Source of the DNA: a virus
DNA length: 64,000 nucleotides
IMG/VR virus record: IMGVR_UViG_3300045988_118731
Location: 1 to 64,000 of that record
Strand: one strand, 5' to 3'
Under the pieces are notes generated by a model, which saw only the letters and a list, made by a program, of their open reading frames with translations, had not been told where the DNA came from and made no database searches. Made by a program: the position numbers and the translations under genes. Each line of letters begins with the position of its first letter. The first letter of the stretch is position 1. Below are positions 1-9,188 of this stretch, piece by piece.

Positions 1-10
1 AGGATTAGAC

Positions 11-48
11 GGGGTGGGATAGGGGGAGAGGGAGGGGAGAGGGAGGGC
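11..48 (+). repeat. G-tract-rich purine segment (GGGG/GGG runs, potential G-quadruplex) at window start
   Basis: seen directly: ggggtgggatagggggagagggaggggagagggaggg; very atypical for this AT-rich genome. Confidence 0.8.
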
Positions 49-385
49 ACTCCCTACCCACAAAATTAAGACTATCAGTGTTTTAAACATGCACTCCCTA
101 CCCACAAAATTAAGACTATCAGTGTTTTAGACATGTAGTCCCTACCAACAAAATTAAGACTATCAGTGTTTTAGACAGCATTCTGTAGGTTATTCCCACA
201 AAATTAAGACTATCAGTGTTTTAAACATGTAGTCCTTACCAACAAAATTAAGACTATCAGTGTTTTAAACATGTAGTCCTTACCAACAAAATTAAGACTA
301 TCAGTGTTTTAAACATGTAGTCCCTACCCACAAAATTAAGACTATCAGTGTTTTAAACATGTAGTCCCTACCAACAAAATTCAGT
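46..385. repeat. tandem direct repeat array, 44-bp unit x8 (one 50-bp variant unit), core CAAAATTAAGACTATCAGTGTTTTAAACATG
   Basis: core starts at 61,105,149,199,243,287,331,375 (period 44, one 50); only about 12 nt per unit varies. Confidence 0.9.
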
Positions 386-499
386 ATGATATCGTTTTTA
401 AAACAGTATTCTGTAGGTTTCCCACAGAATAAGGGTTAAGGACTGCATTATGTGGGTATTTTTTTTCAAACGGAATGTTTAACAATTAAAACATAAAAC

Positions 500-730
500 A
501 TGAACGTATATGATTTTGCACCTGACTTAGATTTGAGTAAGGAGGAAGAAGGTTCTATTTTTGGGGTGAAAGGAATAGGAGGCAGTGATGGTATAGTATA
601 TGCTAAGGTAGTTAGCTGTGAAGAAGTTAAGGATTACAGTTGTGATAGGTGTATTTTTTATGATTGTTGTAAAGATACATGTTTGTTATCGCGTAGTGAT
701 AGTTGTATAGAAGGGGGATTGGCTTTGTAG
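500..730 (+). CDS. small Cys-rich protein, paralog family member 1 (CDRCIFxxxxC motif)
   Basis: ORF; N-terminal and Cys motif similarity to ORFs 2586..3011 and 23293..23490. Confidence 0.55.
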   Translation: MNVYDFAPDLDLSKEEEGSIFGVKGIGGSDGIVYAKVVSCEEVKDYSCDRCIFYDCCKDTCLLSRSDSCIEGGLAL

Positions 731-830
731 GTACGAACAGGCTGCCATAGAGGGGGAGTAGGCGGCGCCTTGGACTAAGGCCTGCGGTCGTAGGTGGAAC
801 GTAGGTCGGAGCCGGAATAGTTTATCGTGG
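731..830. other. GC-rich island in AT-rich context (possible structured RNA or terminator region)
   Basis: local GC excursion; contains the 12-mer gagccggaatag also found near 13070; small hairpin ccttGGACTaagg. Confidence 0.3.
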
Positions 831-1236
831 AACGTAAAAAGAAAAATAAAGTGGAACAAACAATACATTACATTTGGATAGAATGGGTATCTTCTACAGG
901 TTCGAAAAGTAGTAGGCTAATAGGTAACAGGTCTATGCCGGTATCAGATGCCAAAGGGATGATATTAAGATTGAGTGCCAAAGAAATGCTTAAATACAGA
1001 CCAAGTTGGTTAAAGGACTGCGTTTGTATTAGCGTAAGCGCACAAAACATCAAGACTGGAAAGGTATTATATAGAAGAACTATAAACATAAAGAAGAAGG
1101 AGATAGCGATATGAAAAAGGCATTTAAGATATTTTCTATTATGTTTGTCATAGAAATAGTGCTGATAGCTATTTTAGATGCTATGGCGTAAGTGAGAAAA
1201 ATTTCTTCATTAATTTTCTTATGCTTTAGACAGAAT

Positions 1237-1260
1237 GCTCCCATCTGCGAAGATCGGAGC
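1237..1260 (+). terminator. hairpin with GCGA tetraloop (gctcc-c-atct GCGA agat-c-ggagc)
   Basis: inverted repeat seen in sequence; same loop motif tctgcgaagat recurs in the terminator at 6491. Confidence 0.35.
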
Positions 1261-1270
1261 ATTTGCTTTA

Positions 1271-1315
1271 TGGGATTCATGGTGCGGTAGGTCGGTTCGA
1301 TTCCGGCGATCTCAC
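1271..1315 (+). ncRNA. tRNA-like T-arm plus acceptor-stem element (GGTTCGATTCC T-loop); full cloverleaf not resolvable
   Basis: T-stem gtcgg/ccggc with loop TTCGATT; 3' acceptor gatctca can pair with tgggatt 1271-1277; no D or anticodon arm found. Confidence 0.3.
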
Positions 1316-1338
1316 ACAACATTAAAATAGGGAAGAAC

Positions 1339-1743
1339 ATGTTAAAAGAAGAATTTGAAGAACTAATTAAAAGGGAGGTAAACGAAAATCAGTATAAAAA
1401 CATAGAAACGGCATACGAGGCTTTGCCGGAGTATATGGATAAGATGTATTTAGCAAGTGCTATTTCAAATGATATTGGGAAAGCTATTAATGTCTTATCG
1501 TTTTTAGGATCGTATATAAGCGAGTTAATGGGTTCGATAATAATCGAAAGGCAAAAGGTGGAATCATGTGCCTATGATTTAATAAACAAATCGCATGAGG
1601 AGGATGACTTGAAAGCAAGAGAGATTGCCGTGCGATTAATAGGAGAGAGGGAAACAGTGGCATACACAGTAAAAGAAGGGCTGCCATTGTGGGAACAAGA
1701 TAAAAAGTTTATAATAGAATTAATGAAGGAGGATAGAAAATGA
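1339..1743 (+). CDS. hypothetical protein
   Basis: ORF in tight plus-strand gene chain. Confidence 0.5.
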   Translation: MLKEEFEELIKREVNENQYKNIETAYEALPEYMDKMYLASAISNDIGKAINVLSFLGSYISELMGSIIIERQKVESCAYDLINKSHEEDDLKAREIAVRLIGERETVAYTVKEGLPLWEQDKKFIIELMKEDRK

Positions 1744-2087
1744 AAGACGGTATTGTATTGCATCCAGAGCATGGGTTGAATCCATCCATAGAACTATGCA
1801 TAGTATGCGGTGAAGAGATGGGGATTGCTTTATTAGGGAATAACATCAAAGGGCAGGCGCCGCATCATATATGCACGGGAGAAATATGTGACAATTGCAA
1901 AAAGATAATAGATGACGGAGGTTGTTTTATTATCGAAGTCGAGGATGGATCAGATCGAAAGAATCCGTATCGTACAGGAAGATATTGTGCGATAAAGAAA
2001 GAAGCAGCAAAGAAAATACTTGGACAGGAACATAGTGTTGTGTACATGGAAAAGTCTGCGTACAGTCAAATAATACCACAAAAATAA
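1740..2087 (+). CDS. hypothetical zinc-ribbon protein (CxxC ... CxxC)
   Basis: ORF; CIVCG and CDNCKK pairs; start overlaps previous stop. Confidence 0.5.
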   Translation: MKDGIVLHPEHGLNPSIELCIVCGEEMGIALLGNNIKGQAPHHICTGEICDNCKKIIDDGGCFIIEVEDGSDRKNPYRTGRYCAIKKEAAKKILGQEHSVVYMEKSAYSQIIPQK

Positions 2088-2095
2088 AGAAAGAT

Positions 2096-2410
2096 ATGTT
2101 TACAAAAGAAGAGCGATTATTCATTTGGAAAAAGGTATATGAGATGATTGATTGGCAAGAGGATGGGGAATACATATGTGTTGCGTTAAGAAATGTAGTG
2201 TTTATGTATTTCAAAAAACATAAAAATATTTATGAGTTTCGTTCAGACGAAATGGTGAGAATATATTTCCCGGAATTGGAGGAGAAGATAGGTATGGCTA
2301 CAGAACCAGAGGAAACAAGAACGTTTTATGGGTGGTTTGGTTGTATTAGCCCAGAAACAAAGGAGGTAAGGTTGAATATTGTGAAAGATATTATAAAAGA
2401 ATTAGGATAG
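2096..2410 (+). CDS. hypothetical protein
   Basis: ORF in chain. Confidence 0.5.
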   Translation: MFTKEERLFIWKKVYEMIDWQEDGEYICVALRNVVFMYFKKHKNIYEFRSDEMVRIYFPELEEKIGMATEPEETRTFYGWFGCISPETKEVRLNIVKDIIKELG

Positions 2411-2540
2411 TATTTTTGTTAATCTATTTTATTCATCAAATTAAGTTTTTGGGTTTTGGCATGTCGGTTCGTGAGAATAGGCATGTCTATTTCTGTATCA
2501 TAGAGGAGATGACGCGGCGTGCCGGTATGTATGTGTCGGT

Positions 2541-2565
2541 CCTGGTTCGATTCTGGGCATTTCAC
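2541..2565 (+). ncRNA. second tRNA-like T-arm element (cctgg TTCGATT ctggg + catttca-c), paralogous to 1288-1315
   Basis: T-loop consensus; downstream sequence cacaaacaataaaaca resembles cacacaacattaaaata after the first element. Confidence 0.25.
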
Positions 2566-2585
2566 AAACAATAAAACATAATTAT

Positions 2586-3011
2586 ATGGAAGTAATAACA
2601 TTCGGTCCGGACATGGATTTGTCTTCTAAAGAAGTAGGAGATGTATTTAGATTAAAATTGCATGGCATAGAGTATGATGTCAAAGTGGTTGGTGACGACG
2701 AAGACCCTCTTATGTTCTGCAAAGATTGTATATTTTTTAACGACTCCGAACGGTGTTCACTCTCAGAATCGCAAGACTGGTGTTTGAAAAAGCAAGTTGT
2801 TTACTGTAAAAACATGATGGGGAAATTTAATACGAAAGACGCCAATTTCTTATGGCGTCAAATTGGTAGGATTGATGGGGTGATAGAAACTCTGAACCGT
2901 ACCGAAGGAGAGATGCCGGAAATTATAGCCGGAGTGCTAAAAAGAATAAGAGACGATATAGATAAGTTTGTAGATAATAAAACGAAAGATTATGAGAATA
3001 TACAAGAATGA
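2586..3011 (+). CDS. hypothetical protein, N-terminus paralogous to small Cys-rich family (CKDCIFFNDSERC)
   Basis: ORF; N-terminal similarity to ORFs 500..730 and 23293..23490. Confidence 0.55.
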   Translation: MEVITFGPDMDLSSKEVGDVFRLKLHGIEYDVKVVGDDEDPLMFCKDCIFFNDSERCSLSESQDWCLKKQVVYCKNMMGKFNTKDANFLWRQIGRIDGVIETLNRTEGEMPEIIAGVLKRIRDDIDKFVDNKTKDYENIQE

Positions 3012-3225
3012 TATTATAAAGGCGTCAGCGATAAGCACAGACGACGAAAGGGGATTATTGCTGTGTTCAATAACAGATTCAGGTTTTACGTCTATAGCGG
3101 GTGTAATATCGGCCGTTAAAGACAAGTTACCAAACAAAGATCACAAGAAGATGGTTTTTGAAATCTTGAATGATACGAAAAAAGAGTACGGAAGATATAA
3201 TAATTGCGGAACAAAAGTATTGTAA
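2992..3225 (+). CDS. hypothetical protein
   Basis: ORF. Confidence 0.4.
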   Translation: MRIYKNDIIKASAISTDDERGLLLCSITDSGFTSIAGVISAVKDKLPNKDHKKMVFEILNDTKKEYGRYNNCGTKVL

Positions 3226-3281
3226 TAAAGAGCAGAAAACAATATGTTTATGTAATGTTAGTTTTTTCATTTTTATTGAAA

Positions 3282-3320
3282 GGAGCGCCGGCCTGTGAAG
3301 GTATGCGCTCTTTGTATTTG
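3282..3320 (+). terminator. rho-independent-type terminator (ggagcgc ... gcgctct hairpin + T-rich tail)
   Basis: inverted repeat followed by tttgtatttgtat, after stop of ORF 2992..3225. Confidence 0.45.
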
Positions 3321-3344
3321 TATAATACATAAAACAATAATAAT

Positions 3345-3599
3345 ATGACAGATAATAACATAGATGTGAATATCGTACCTGTAAAGAATGGTGCGAAACG
3401 TGTTGTGGTATCATATTACCATTATTCACGCAAAGATAAAAATCACATAAGTTCTCAAACGGATTACGTGTGGGAGACAAAGAATGAAGAAATGTTTAAA
3501 TACTTTGAGGCCAGGAGGACAAAAGTATTTTATAGTCAGATTCGTGCCATGTGTAGATTCTATGGCAAGAAAAATGTACGTAAATACAAAAAGTTATGA
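3345..3599 (+). CDS. hypothetical protein
   Basis: ORF. Confidence 0.45.
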   Translation: MTDNNIDVNIVPVKNGAKRVVVSYYHYSRKDKNHISSQTDYVWETKNEEMFKYFEARRTKVFYSQIRAMCRFYGKKNVRKYKKL

Positions 3600-4405
3600 T
3601 ATTAAAAACAACAACCAACGAATTTTGTTTCATTAACGTAAGTTTTTATGAAACAGTAGCAGACCCGCGTCATTTCTTTTCACAGGAATATGATGAGATG
3701 CCGGAATATGAAGAAGAATCAAATTTTGATTTTGATTCTTATTGTAATGCGTTCATACCTTATGTGCAAAAATGGGCGGACGAGGTTAAAGAACGTCTTT
3801 TAGTATATGGTGTAAAGGATATAAAGGTGATATCAGTCGGACACCCAAGAGAGTATAACTATGATACTGATTGGATGGAGGTAGAGGTGGAGTTCTGTGA
3901 TGGGTGGCGACAGATGCTGTTATCCAACATTGGTAAGATAATCGATGATGATAGATGTAGAAAATATGCTGAGGTAAATTATAAATCAGTTCAGGGCTAC
4001 ATATTTTTCGGGCCCGGAAATCTAAAGGAGTTTGAGAAAGAAATAATAGAAAAGAATCCAAATTCAGGATATGATCCGGCAGTACTATTAAATATGTATC
4101 TAACTTTGGCTTTTGTAAAAGAATTTGGATTTAAAGCCGGAGAAGCATGGAGTGAAATAACAGAATATGCTTACGAATGTTTGTTGTATTCCGATTTCGC
4201 AACAACAGAAATGCTTATACCGGAAGGTTCGGAGTATTTATTCAATGACGTGCATACAGCAGAAGCCGACGAATTATATCACCATGTTTTGGATAAATAC
4301 GGATGGGCGTGGCGTGATCCGAAATATAAATCAGAAACAGAATTATGTACGATGTTAAAGTGGGCAGAAGAAAAAGGCTTGACCATTGAAGAGTTAAGTA
4401 TTTAA
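3596..4405 (+). CDS. hypothetical protein (269 aa)
   Basis: ORF, overlapping start/stop coupling. Confidence 0.55.
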   Translation: MILKTTTNEFCFINVSFYETVADPRHFFSQEYDEMPEYEEESNFDFDSYCNAFIPYVQKWADEVKERLLVYGVKDIKVISVGHPREYNYDTDWMEVEVEFCDGWRQMLLSNIGKIIDDDRCRKYAEVNYKSVQGYIFFGPGNLKEFEKEIIEKNPNSGYDPAVLLNMYLTLAFVKEFGFKAGEAWSEITEYAYECLLYSDFATTEMLIPEGSEYLFNDVHTAEADELYHHVLDKYGWAWRDPKYKSETELCTMLKWAEEKGLTIEELSI

Positions 4406-4717
4406 TTGTTAAACATAAGGCAGTATTGGTGCGTGAGTATAGGTGCTGCCGTTAAATTATTTTATAATATGAAAAAAGAAGAGATTCAAACTATTTTATA
4501 CACAATCAAAGAAGGAGACAGTATTAAGATCAAAGTACAAGACAAAAGTGAAGAAATAAGACTGCGGGATCATGTAAGAAGAGTGCAGAAATATGGATAC
4601 AGGTTTTGTTTGTCTCATTTACATGATGGAATTTTCTATCTGGAGAAGTTGGAAGAGGGAGATAAAGATAAATACTATAGAGTAATAAACAGAGGAAATG
4701 GAAAGACCGGAGTATAA
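4406..4717 (+). CDS. hypothetical protein (true start possibly ATG near 4470)
   Basis: ORF. Confidence 0.45.
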   Translation: MLNIRQYWCVSIGAAVKLFYNMKKEEIQTILYTIKEGDSIKIKVQDKSEEIRLRDHVRRVQKYGYRFCLSHLHDGIFYLEKLEEGDKDKYYRVINRGNGKTGV

Positions 4718-4991
4718 TAAGCTACGTAAAATGGTTAAGACTACTCCAGGTCTGATAGTGGACGAGGCGCAAAACATGATGCGTGTATCGCTATACGATA
4801 ATGGGGAGCTTAAGAAGGTGGTAGTAGTAATGAAATGCGATTCTTTTTTACAGTCAAAAAGTAACATAGAAAAGATAATGTTATTATCATCTTCTATAGA
4901 AGATAGAAAAAACAAAGAAAAAAATAAAACAAAATCAGAAAATGAACAGAATAACAAAAATAAGAGAAGAAATAGGAGGAAAACAGGTTGA
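4698..4991 (+). CDS. hypothetical protein with K/N-rich low-complexity C-terminus
   Basis: ORF; low-complexity tail lowers confidence. Confidence 0.35.
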   Translation: MERPEYNKLRKMVKTTPGLIVDEAQNMMRVSLYDNGELKKVVVVMKCDSFLQSKSNIEKIMLLSSSIEDRKNKEKNKTKSENEQNNKNKRRNRRKTG

Positions 4992-5325
4992 TTTGACCTT
5001 TTACGGGCGCTTTTGCAGCCTTATCGAAGGTGACAGAAAGATAATACTAAGGGCAATAAAAAACGGTCGTAAGAAGGGCGTAATCGGAGCCATTCAGCCT
5101 GGGAGACATGACAGAATTTGGACCACATGGTCTATCGCTTTTGATGATCTAAAGGTAGGGGATACGGTAGAGTTTAGTACATCTGGAAAATACAATCCCG
5201 GATTTCATGCTACGGAAAAGTATGTAGGGTGTGTAGAATGGATAAAAGGGTCAGAATGTGCGATAAAAACCGGTAAGGGAATGGCGGTAGTATTAATTAA
5301 ACACGTGGAAAGGGTGGTGAAATAA
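4942..5325 (+). CDS. hypothetical protein
   Basis: ORF. Confidence 0.5.
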   Translation: MNRITKIREEIGGKQVDLTFYGRFCSLIEGDRKIILRAIKNGRKKGVIGAIQPGRHDRIWTTWSIAFDDLKVGDTVEFSTSGKYNPGFHATEKYVGCVEWIKGSECAIKTGKGMAVVLIKHVERVVK

Positions 5326-5606
5326 TGGATTTAAGGATGTTTATAGACCTATTTCAGGAGATTGAGGTAGAAAACTTGTTTAAAGCGTTAGATTTATGTA
5401 TGGAATATGTAAGATTAGATTTACATGTGTTTAATGTAGGAGCTCATGTAACGTGTTCATACAGCAATGATCTTGAATCTCTTTCACAGGCAGAAGGTTG
5501 TAATGTGAATATGATAATAGAGGTACCCTACTTATTCGAAGCATTCATGGAATATGCTTCACCGGAAATGAAGTTGTATTATGAAAAACTAACAGAGATA
5601 GTATAA
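5325..5606 (+). CDS. hypothetical protein
   Basis: ORF. Confidence 0.5.
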   Translation: MDLRMFIDLFQEIEVENLFKALDLCMEYVRLDLHVFNVGAHVTCSYSNDLESLSQAEGCNVNMIIEVPYLFEAFMEYASPEMKLYYEKLTEIV

Positions 5607-5607
5607 T

Positions 5608-6081
5608 ATGAAAGAAGAAGTAGAACGGATAAAGAAGTTGGTAGGCATAGATCATAACAGATGGGAGCAACCTTGTACATGTGATAAATGTAAAAACATG
5701 TGTAAAGTTCCTTGTATTGGTACGCCAAAAGACATAGAGGCTATCATAGATGCCGGATACGCTGACAGGTTAAAAGAAACAATGTGGATGGTAGGGTATC
5801 TTGCAGTGAAAGAAAAACCAATAGCGATGATCCAGCCAACAGAGAAAGACGGGTGGTGCGCATTCCGCCAGCCGGGCGGTCTCTGCGAGCTGCATGACCT
5901 CGGACTAAAGCCGACTGAAGGAGTTCTGGCTTCTTGTAAGGTGGTTGAAGAAGACGATATTCCGACATACGAAACATCTGTACTTAGAGCAGTAGCTCAT
6001 GAGTGGGTTAAGGTGGAGAACTTCGCAACTATAATGAGAGTCGTTTTTAAATACTTGCATGAAAATGAACGTGGAAAATAA
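5608..6081 (+). CDS. hypothetical Cys-rich protein (CTCDKCKNMCKVPC)
   Basis: ORF. Confidence 0.5.
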   Translation: MKEEVERIKKLVGIDHNRWEQPCTCDKCKNMCKVPCIGTPKDIEAIIDAGYADRLKETMWMVGYLAVKEKPIAMIQPTEKDGWCAFRQPGGLCELHDLGLKPTEGVLASCKVVEEDDIPTYETSVLRAVAHEWVKVENFATIMRVVFKYLHENERGK

Positions 6082-6469
6082 ATTAGACAAAGTGGTTAAG
6101 ATCCTAAAAGAAAAAGGATTTGTAGTATATAGAAAGGGCGGGAAGGAGCCAGGTGTGTTTTACGCCAAAGAAGGTGACAGTCGAATAGGATTCGTTTATC
6201 CTAACAACGGATATATATACGACAGGATAAAAATATGGTCTTTTTCAAGAATGTACAAACCACATAAGAAAACCGGATCTTCGTGCTTAATGTGTGTCAG
6301 CGACGAATTTACGATAGAAAATGCGATTAAGAACATAGAGGATAGACTGTGGGTGAATTACATAAAAGACGGTAACAGAAAACGACCAGAAGAATATAAA
6401 AATATAAGAGAATTTGTTGGTAGCTTCACTAAATTCTACAGCTCTGTAGAATTAGTTGAAGTAAAATAG
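6059..6469 (+). CDS. hypothetical protein
   Basis: ORF. Confidence 0.5.
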   Translation: MKMNVENKLDKVVKILKEKGFVVYRKGGKEPGVFYAKEGDSRIGFVYPNNGYIYDRIKIWSFSRMYKPHKKTGSSCLMCVSDEFTIENAIKNIEDRLWVNYIKDGNRKRPEEYKNIREFVGSFTKFYSSVELVEVK

Positions 6470-6490
6470 TTTTCCATGTAAGTTAGTTAC

Positions 6491-6527
6491 CGGCACTGGT
6501 CTGCGAAGATAGGTGCCGTTTTTTTTA
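6491..6527 (+). terminator. rho-independent terminator (cggcac ... gtgccg stem, GCGA tetraloop core, T9 tail)
   Basis: hairpin plus ttttttttatt directly after stop of ORF 6059..6469. Confidence 0.7.
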
Positions 6528-6547
6528 TTCAAGAAAAGAGGACAAAT

Positions 6548-6799
6548 ATGGAGAAAAGAGACAAGAAGATGCCTTACGAGGTAGTCATACAGGAAAGAAA
6601 AAGAGTGGATTTGTACGGTAACGTAGTGTATTATATCCATTGGTTTGATAAATATGGGTACAATATCACAAACGAATGGAAATTCTGGAGCAAGGGTCCG
6701 AAAAAGAAATACGATAGAGTTAATCGTTATCTAACGGATAGTTGGTTGAAGGAATACTGTGGGAATAACGATTTAAAGATAAGGAGAATAAAGGAATGA
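6548..6799 (+). CDS. hypothetical protein
   Basis: ORF. Confidence 0.45.
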   Translation: MEKRDKKMPYEVVIQERKRVDLYGNVVYYIHWFDKYGYNITNEWKFWSKGPKKKYDRVNRYLTDSWLKEYCGNNDLKIRRIKE

Positions 6800-7311
6800 A
6801 AAAGATAAAAGTAGACAAAGTGATATTATATTACATGGATCGGGTAGACCCTGACGGGAACCTATACCGGTTCTATGTATATAAAGACATGGCATCTGAA
6901 ATAGAATACTTTTGCACGGAAGAGACAGGTAATATGACTATACCAATCGGAGAAGGAGAGTATGTCAAGATCGTACCAAAAAAAATAGAGAAAATACCGG
7001 TAAGGGGATATAGGAAGCTTACTGGAATATGGAATCGTGAAACATGTAACGGGAAGGGATGGTACAGGCTTTTTAATTATTTCAAATACAAGCCGACCCT
7101 ATGTTATTTTAAAAAAGCGGGACATGATGAAAATGGGAACACAAGATACGAAATATCATTATTTAATAACATTATAAATGTGACAAGGTATTTCAATCTG
7201 TGGAGAATGAAGCCAGGAAAGTATGTTATGGTAACAAACGAGTGTGGTGCCTTGGATGTTATAAAAGAAAAATTCGATAACATAAATATAGTGGAATATG
7301 GATCTGAATGA
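6796..7311 (+). CDS. hypothetical protein
   Basis: ORF. Confidence 0.5.
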   Translation: MKKIKVDKVILYYMDRVDPDGNLYRFYVYKDMASEIEYFCTEETGNMTIPIGEGEYVKIVPKKIEKIPVRGYRKLTGIWNRETCNGKGWYRLFNYFKYKPTLCYFKKAGHDENGNTRYEISLFNNIINVTRYFNLWRMKPGKYVMVTNECGALDVIKEKFDNINIVEYGSE

Positions 7312-7666
7312 ATTGTACAAAGAAATAGAAAAAGCAGAGGTTGATCTGAATGCAAAAAGATTAAAGTACATCAAAGAGGCATTAGTGGAGAACGGTGGAA
7401 GTATAAAGCTAAAATTCAAAGAATTTAAAGAGTTTAAAGAAACTAATGATGCGTTTGACTTCGATGATCAGTTTCCGGTGATAATAGAAATTGCTGGGAT
7501 TCCTATGTATTTAACGGAAGTGTATGTCAAAAAAAACGATTTTCGTATAGTTCTGCTGGATTATGATGATATGACTTTAGGTGATTATGATAATACAGGG
7601 GAAAATGAACAGGTTGCTTATTTTATTAACTATTGTTTAAATCAAGACAAAGATGGGAAAGAGTAG
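7298..7666 (+). CDS. hypothetical protein
   Basis: ORF. Confidence 0.5.
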   Translation: MDLNELYKEIEKAEVDLNAKRLKYIKEALVENGGSIKLKFKEFKEFKETNDAFDFDDQFPVIIEIAGIPMYLTEVYVKKNDFRIVLLDYDDMTLGDYDNTGENEQVAYFINYCLNQDKDGKE

Positions 7667-7841
7667 AAAAGATTATGAGAAGTTTCTTAACTCCATATCT
7701 CCAGATAGAGACGATGAAACATGGATCATTGGAGGAAAGAACAGGTATTGCGGTAGAGAGAATTACGGCACTATGATCAAAAGGTATGATCCTATTGGTT
7801 TTAACGTAGGGTACAGGGAGTGGGCAGAACAGCCAGGGTAA
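7653..7841 (+). CDS. hypothetical protein
   Basis: ORF. Confidence 0.4.
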   Translation: MGKSRKDYEKFLNSISPDRDDETWIIGGKNRYCGRENYGTMIKRYDPIGFNVGYREWAEQPG

Positions 7842-7865
7842 GGTGGAGCCTGCCCTGCCATGAGG

Positions 7866-7900
7866 TCGGCCTGGCTGTCTGTGGCCAGGGTCGTATATTA
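7866..7900 (+). terminator. GC-rich hairpin (cctggc tgtctgtg gccagg) after ORF 7653..7841
   Basis: perfect 6-bp stem within GC-rich patch; weak U-tract. Confidence 0.4.
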
Positions 7901-7972
7901 GTCAGATAGTGAACAATGAAAACGATACAAATATTATGAATTTAGGCAATCATATACCTAAAATAATAGCTT

Positions 7973-8287
7973 ATGACATTTAAAGAATTTATGAAAGAAG
8001 TAGGCTATGACCCAATGACTACCTTTTGGGAAGATTTCAGCATAGCCGACAAGTATGGTATAGCAGGTGTCAAGGATACCTACAAACGTGCATTCAGTGA
8101 ATGGAAAGATGATTATAAGTTTTTCACGGAATTAACGCTTGTATTGAATCATAAAATCTGGCAACATTATGAAAGCAATCGTAAACTGGCTGCACTGTAT
8201 GACCGGTTGTGGCGAGAAGCTGACGAGTATGCCATGAACAACTTTAAGGGAGAAGAACTTGATTATTATTACAGAATAACAGATTAA
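7973..8287 (+). CDS. hypothetical protein
   Basis: ORF. Confidence 0.5.
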   Translation: MTFKEFMKEVGYDPMTTFWEDFSIADKYGIAGVKDTYKRAFSEWKDDYKFFTELTLVLNHKIWQHYESNRKLAALYDRLWREADEYAMNNFKGEELDYYYRITD

Positions 8288-8335
8288 TATTATGACAGCA
8301 GCAGAAAAATTAAGAACTATTTAAAATATAAAGAC

Positions 8336-8689
8336 ATGGAAGACGATCTTATTACAACAAAAGAAGTAGGTGATTATCGCATTAAAGTGTATTATTGCCG
8401 TGATTCAGAATGCCCTATAACTAATTGGGGTTTGTTTGGGTCATTCTTTTTTGAATACTCTGATATGCATCGATTGCATGATGAATGCAATTGGAAAACT
8501 TTCTTCTACGATAACAAGCATAATCTTAGAGATGTTATTGATGCTATTGTAATGAAGCATATAGAACAGAAAGACATTGTAAAATATTTAAAGAAAGGGG
8601 AAGCGAATGGGATCTCATTCACATACAACAGAGGTAGCAATGTATGGGAGTTGAAGCATAAGACAAGTCCATATATAGATCATCTGTAA
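8336..8689 (+). CDS. hypothetical protein
   Basis: ORF. Confidence 0.5.
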   Translation: MEDDLITTKEVGDYRIKVYYCRDSECPITNWGLFGSFFFEYSDMHRLHDECNWKTFFYDNKHNLRDVIDAIVMKHIEQKDIVKYLKKGEANGISFTYNRGSNVWELKHKTSPYIDHL

Positions 8690-8768
8690 TTTTGATTCAA
8701 AATTAATCAAACCAATTCATCTACCTACTAAAGTATGGTGGTTTTGTTGGTTAAATAATCATAAAACT

Positions 8769-9176
8769 ATGAGCATAAAAGTAATAAGATACAGGTTGCC
8801 ATCTTGTTGGGCTTGTCCGTTAATCAATGATGATTACACTGGATTAACGGATGAAGAATGTGAGGAAATCCATAAAATACAAGATATGGAAAGATTGAAT
8901 TTTGAAACATTGTTTCGTATCGTAAGATGGGATTACAACCGTTGCTTTAAGGATGAATCACTGGACAAGGATTTGTTCGTAGAAAAATACGGACGGGTAA
9001 TGGGTGAACATTATTATAACAAGTTTGTCCATGAATTTGACGGAAATATTCTGAAGATGGTTGGTTACTTCAGAGGTTCCGAAAAAGAGGGGCAAGTCTT
9101 CTGCGATATGATAACCGAACGTATTGAAAAATACGAAAAGAGAATGTCATATGATAAAGGTAAGTTAAACAATTAA
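8769..9176 (+). CDS. hypothetical protein
   Basis: ORF. Confidence 0.5.
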   Translation: MSIKVIRYRLPSCWACPLINDDYTGLTDEECEEIHKIQDMERLNFETLFRIVRWDYNRCFKDESLDKDLFVEKYGRVMGEHYYNKFVHEFDGNILKMVGYFRGSEKEGQVFCDMITERIEKYEKRMSYDKGKLNN

Positions 9177-9188
9177 AAAGATATTTAT

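Noticed and set aside
46-385. Reading the repeat array as a CRISPR array.
   Set aside because: The conserved part is about 32 nt and the variable part only about 12 nt per unit. Units are near-identical tandem copies with point variants. There are no cas genes and no leader-like asymmetry. Tandem-repeat or iteron explanations fit better.
827-1114. ORFs 827..1114 (+) and 868..1089 (-) in the GC-rich island region.
   Set aside because: They overlap each other on opposite strands, their composition looks non-coding, and the region contains hairpins and repeated motifs. Left unannotated as CDS.
1271-1315. Interpreting the tRNA 3'-fragment-like elements as attP sites of a temperate phage.
   Set aside because: No integrase, excisionase or repressor was recognised in the window, and there are two such elements. 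The idea stays speculative and is mentioned only as an alternative.
1195-2565. Full-length tRNA genes around the GGTTCGATTCC motifs at 1291-1307 and 2541-2557.
   Set aside because: No 5' acceptor strand, D-arm or 7-nt anticodon loop could be placed at canonical distances. The only acceptor pairing found (1271-1277) gives a 45-nt minihelix. They are kept as low-confidence tRNA-like elements and need tRNAscan-SE or ARAGORN.
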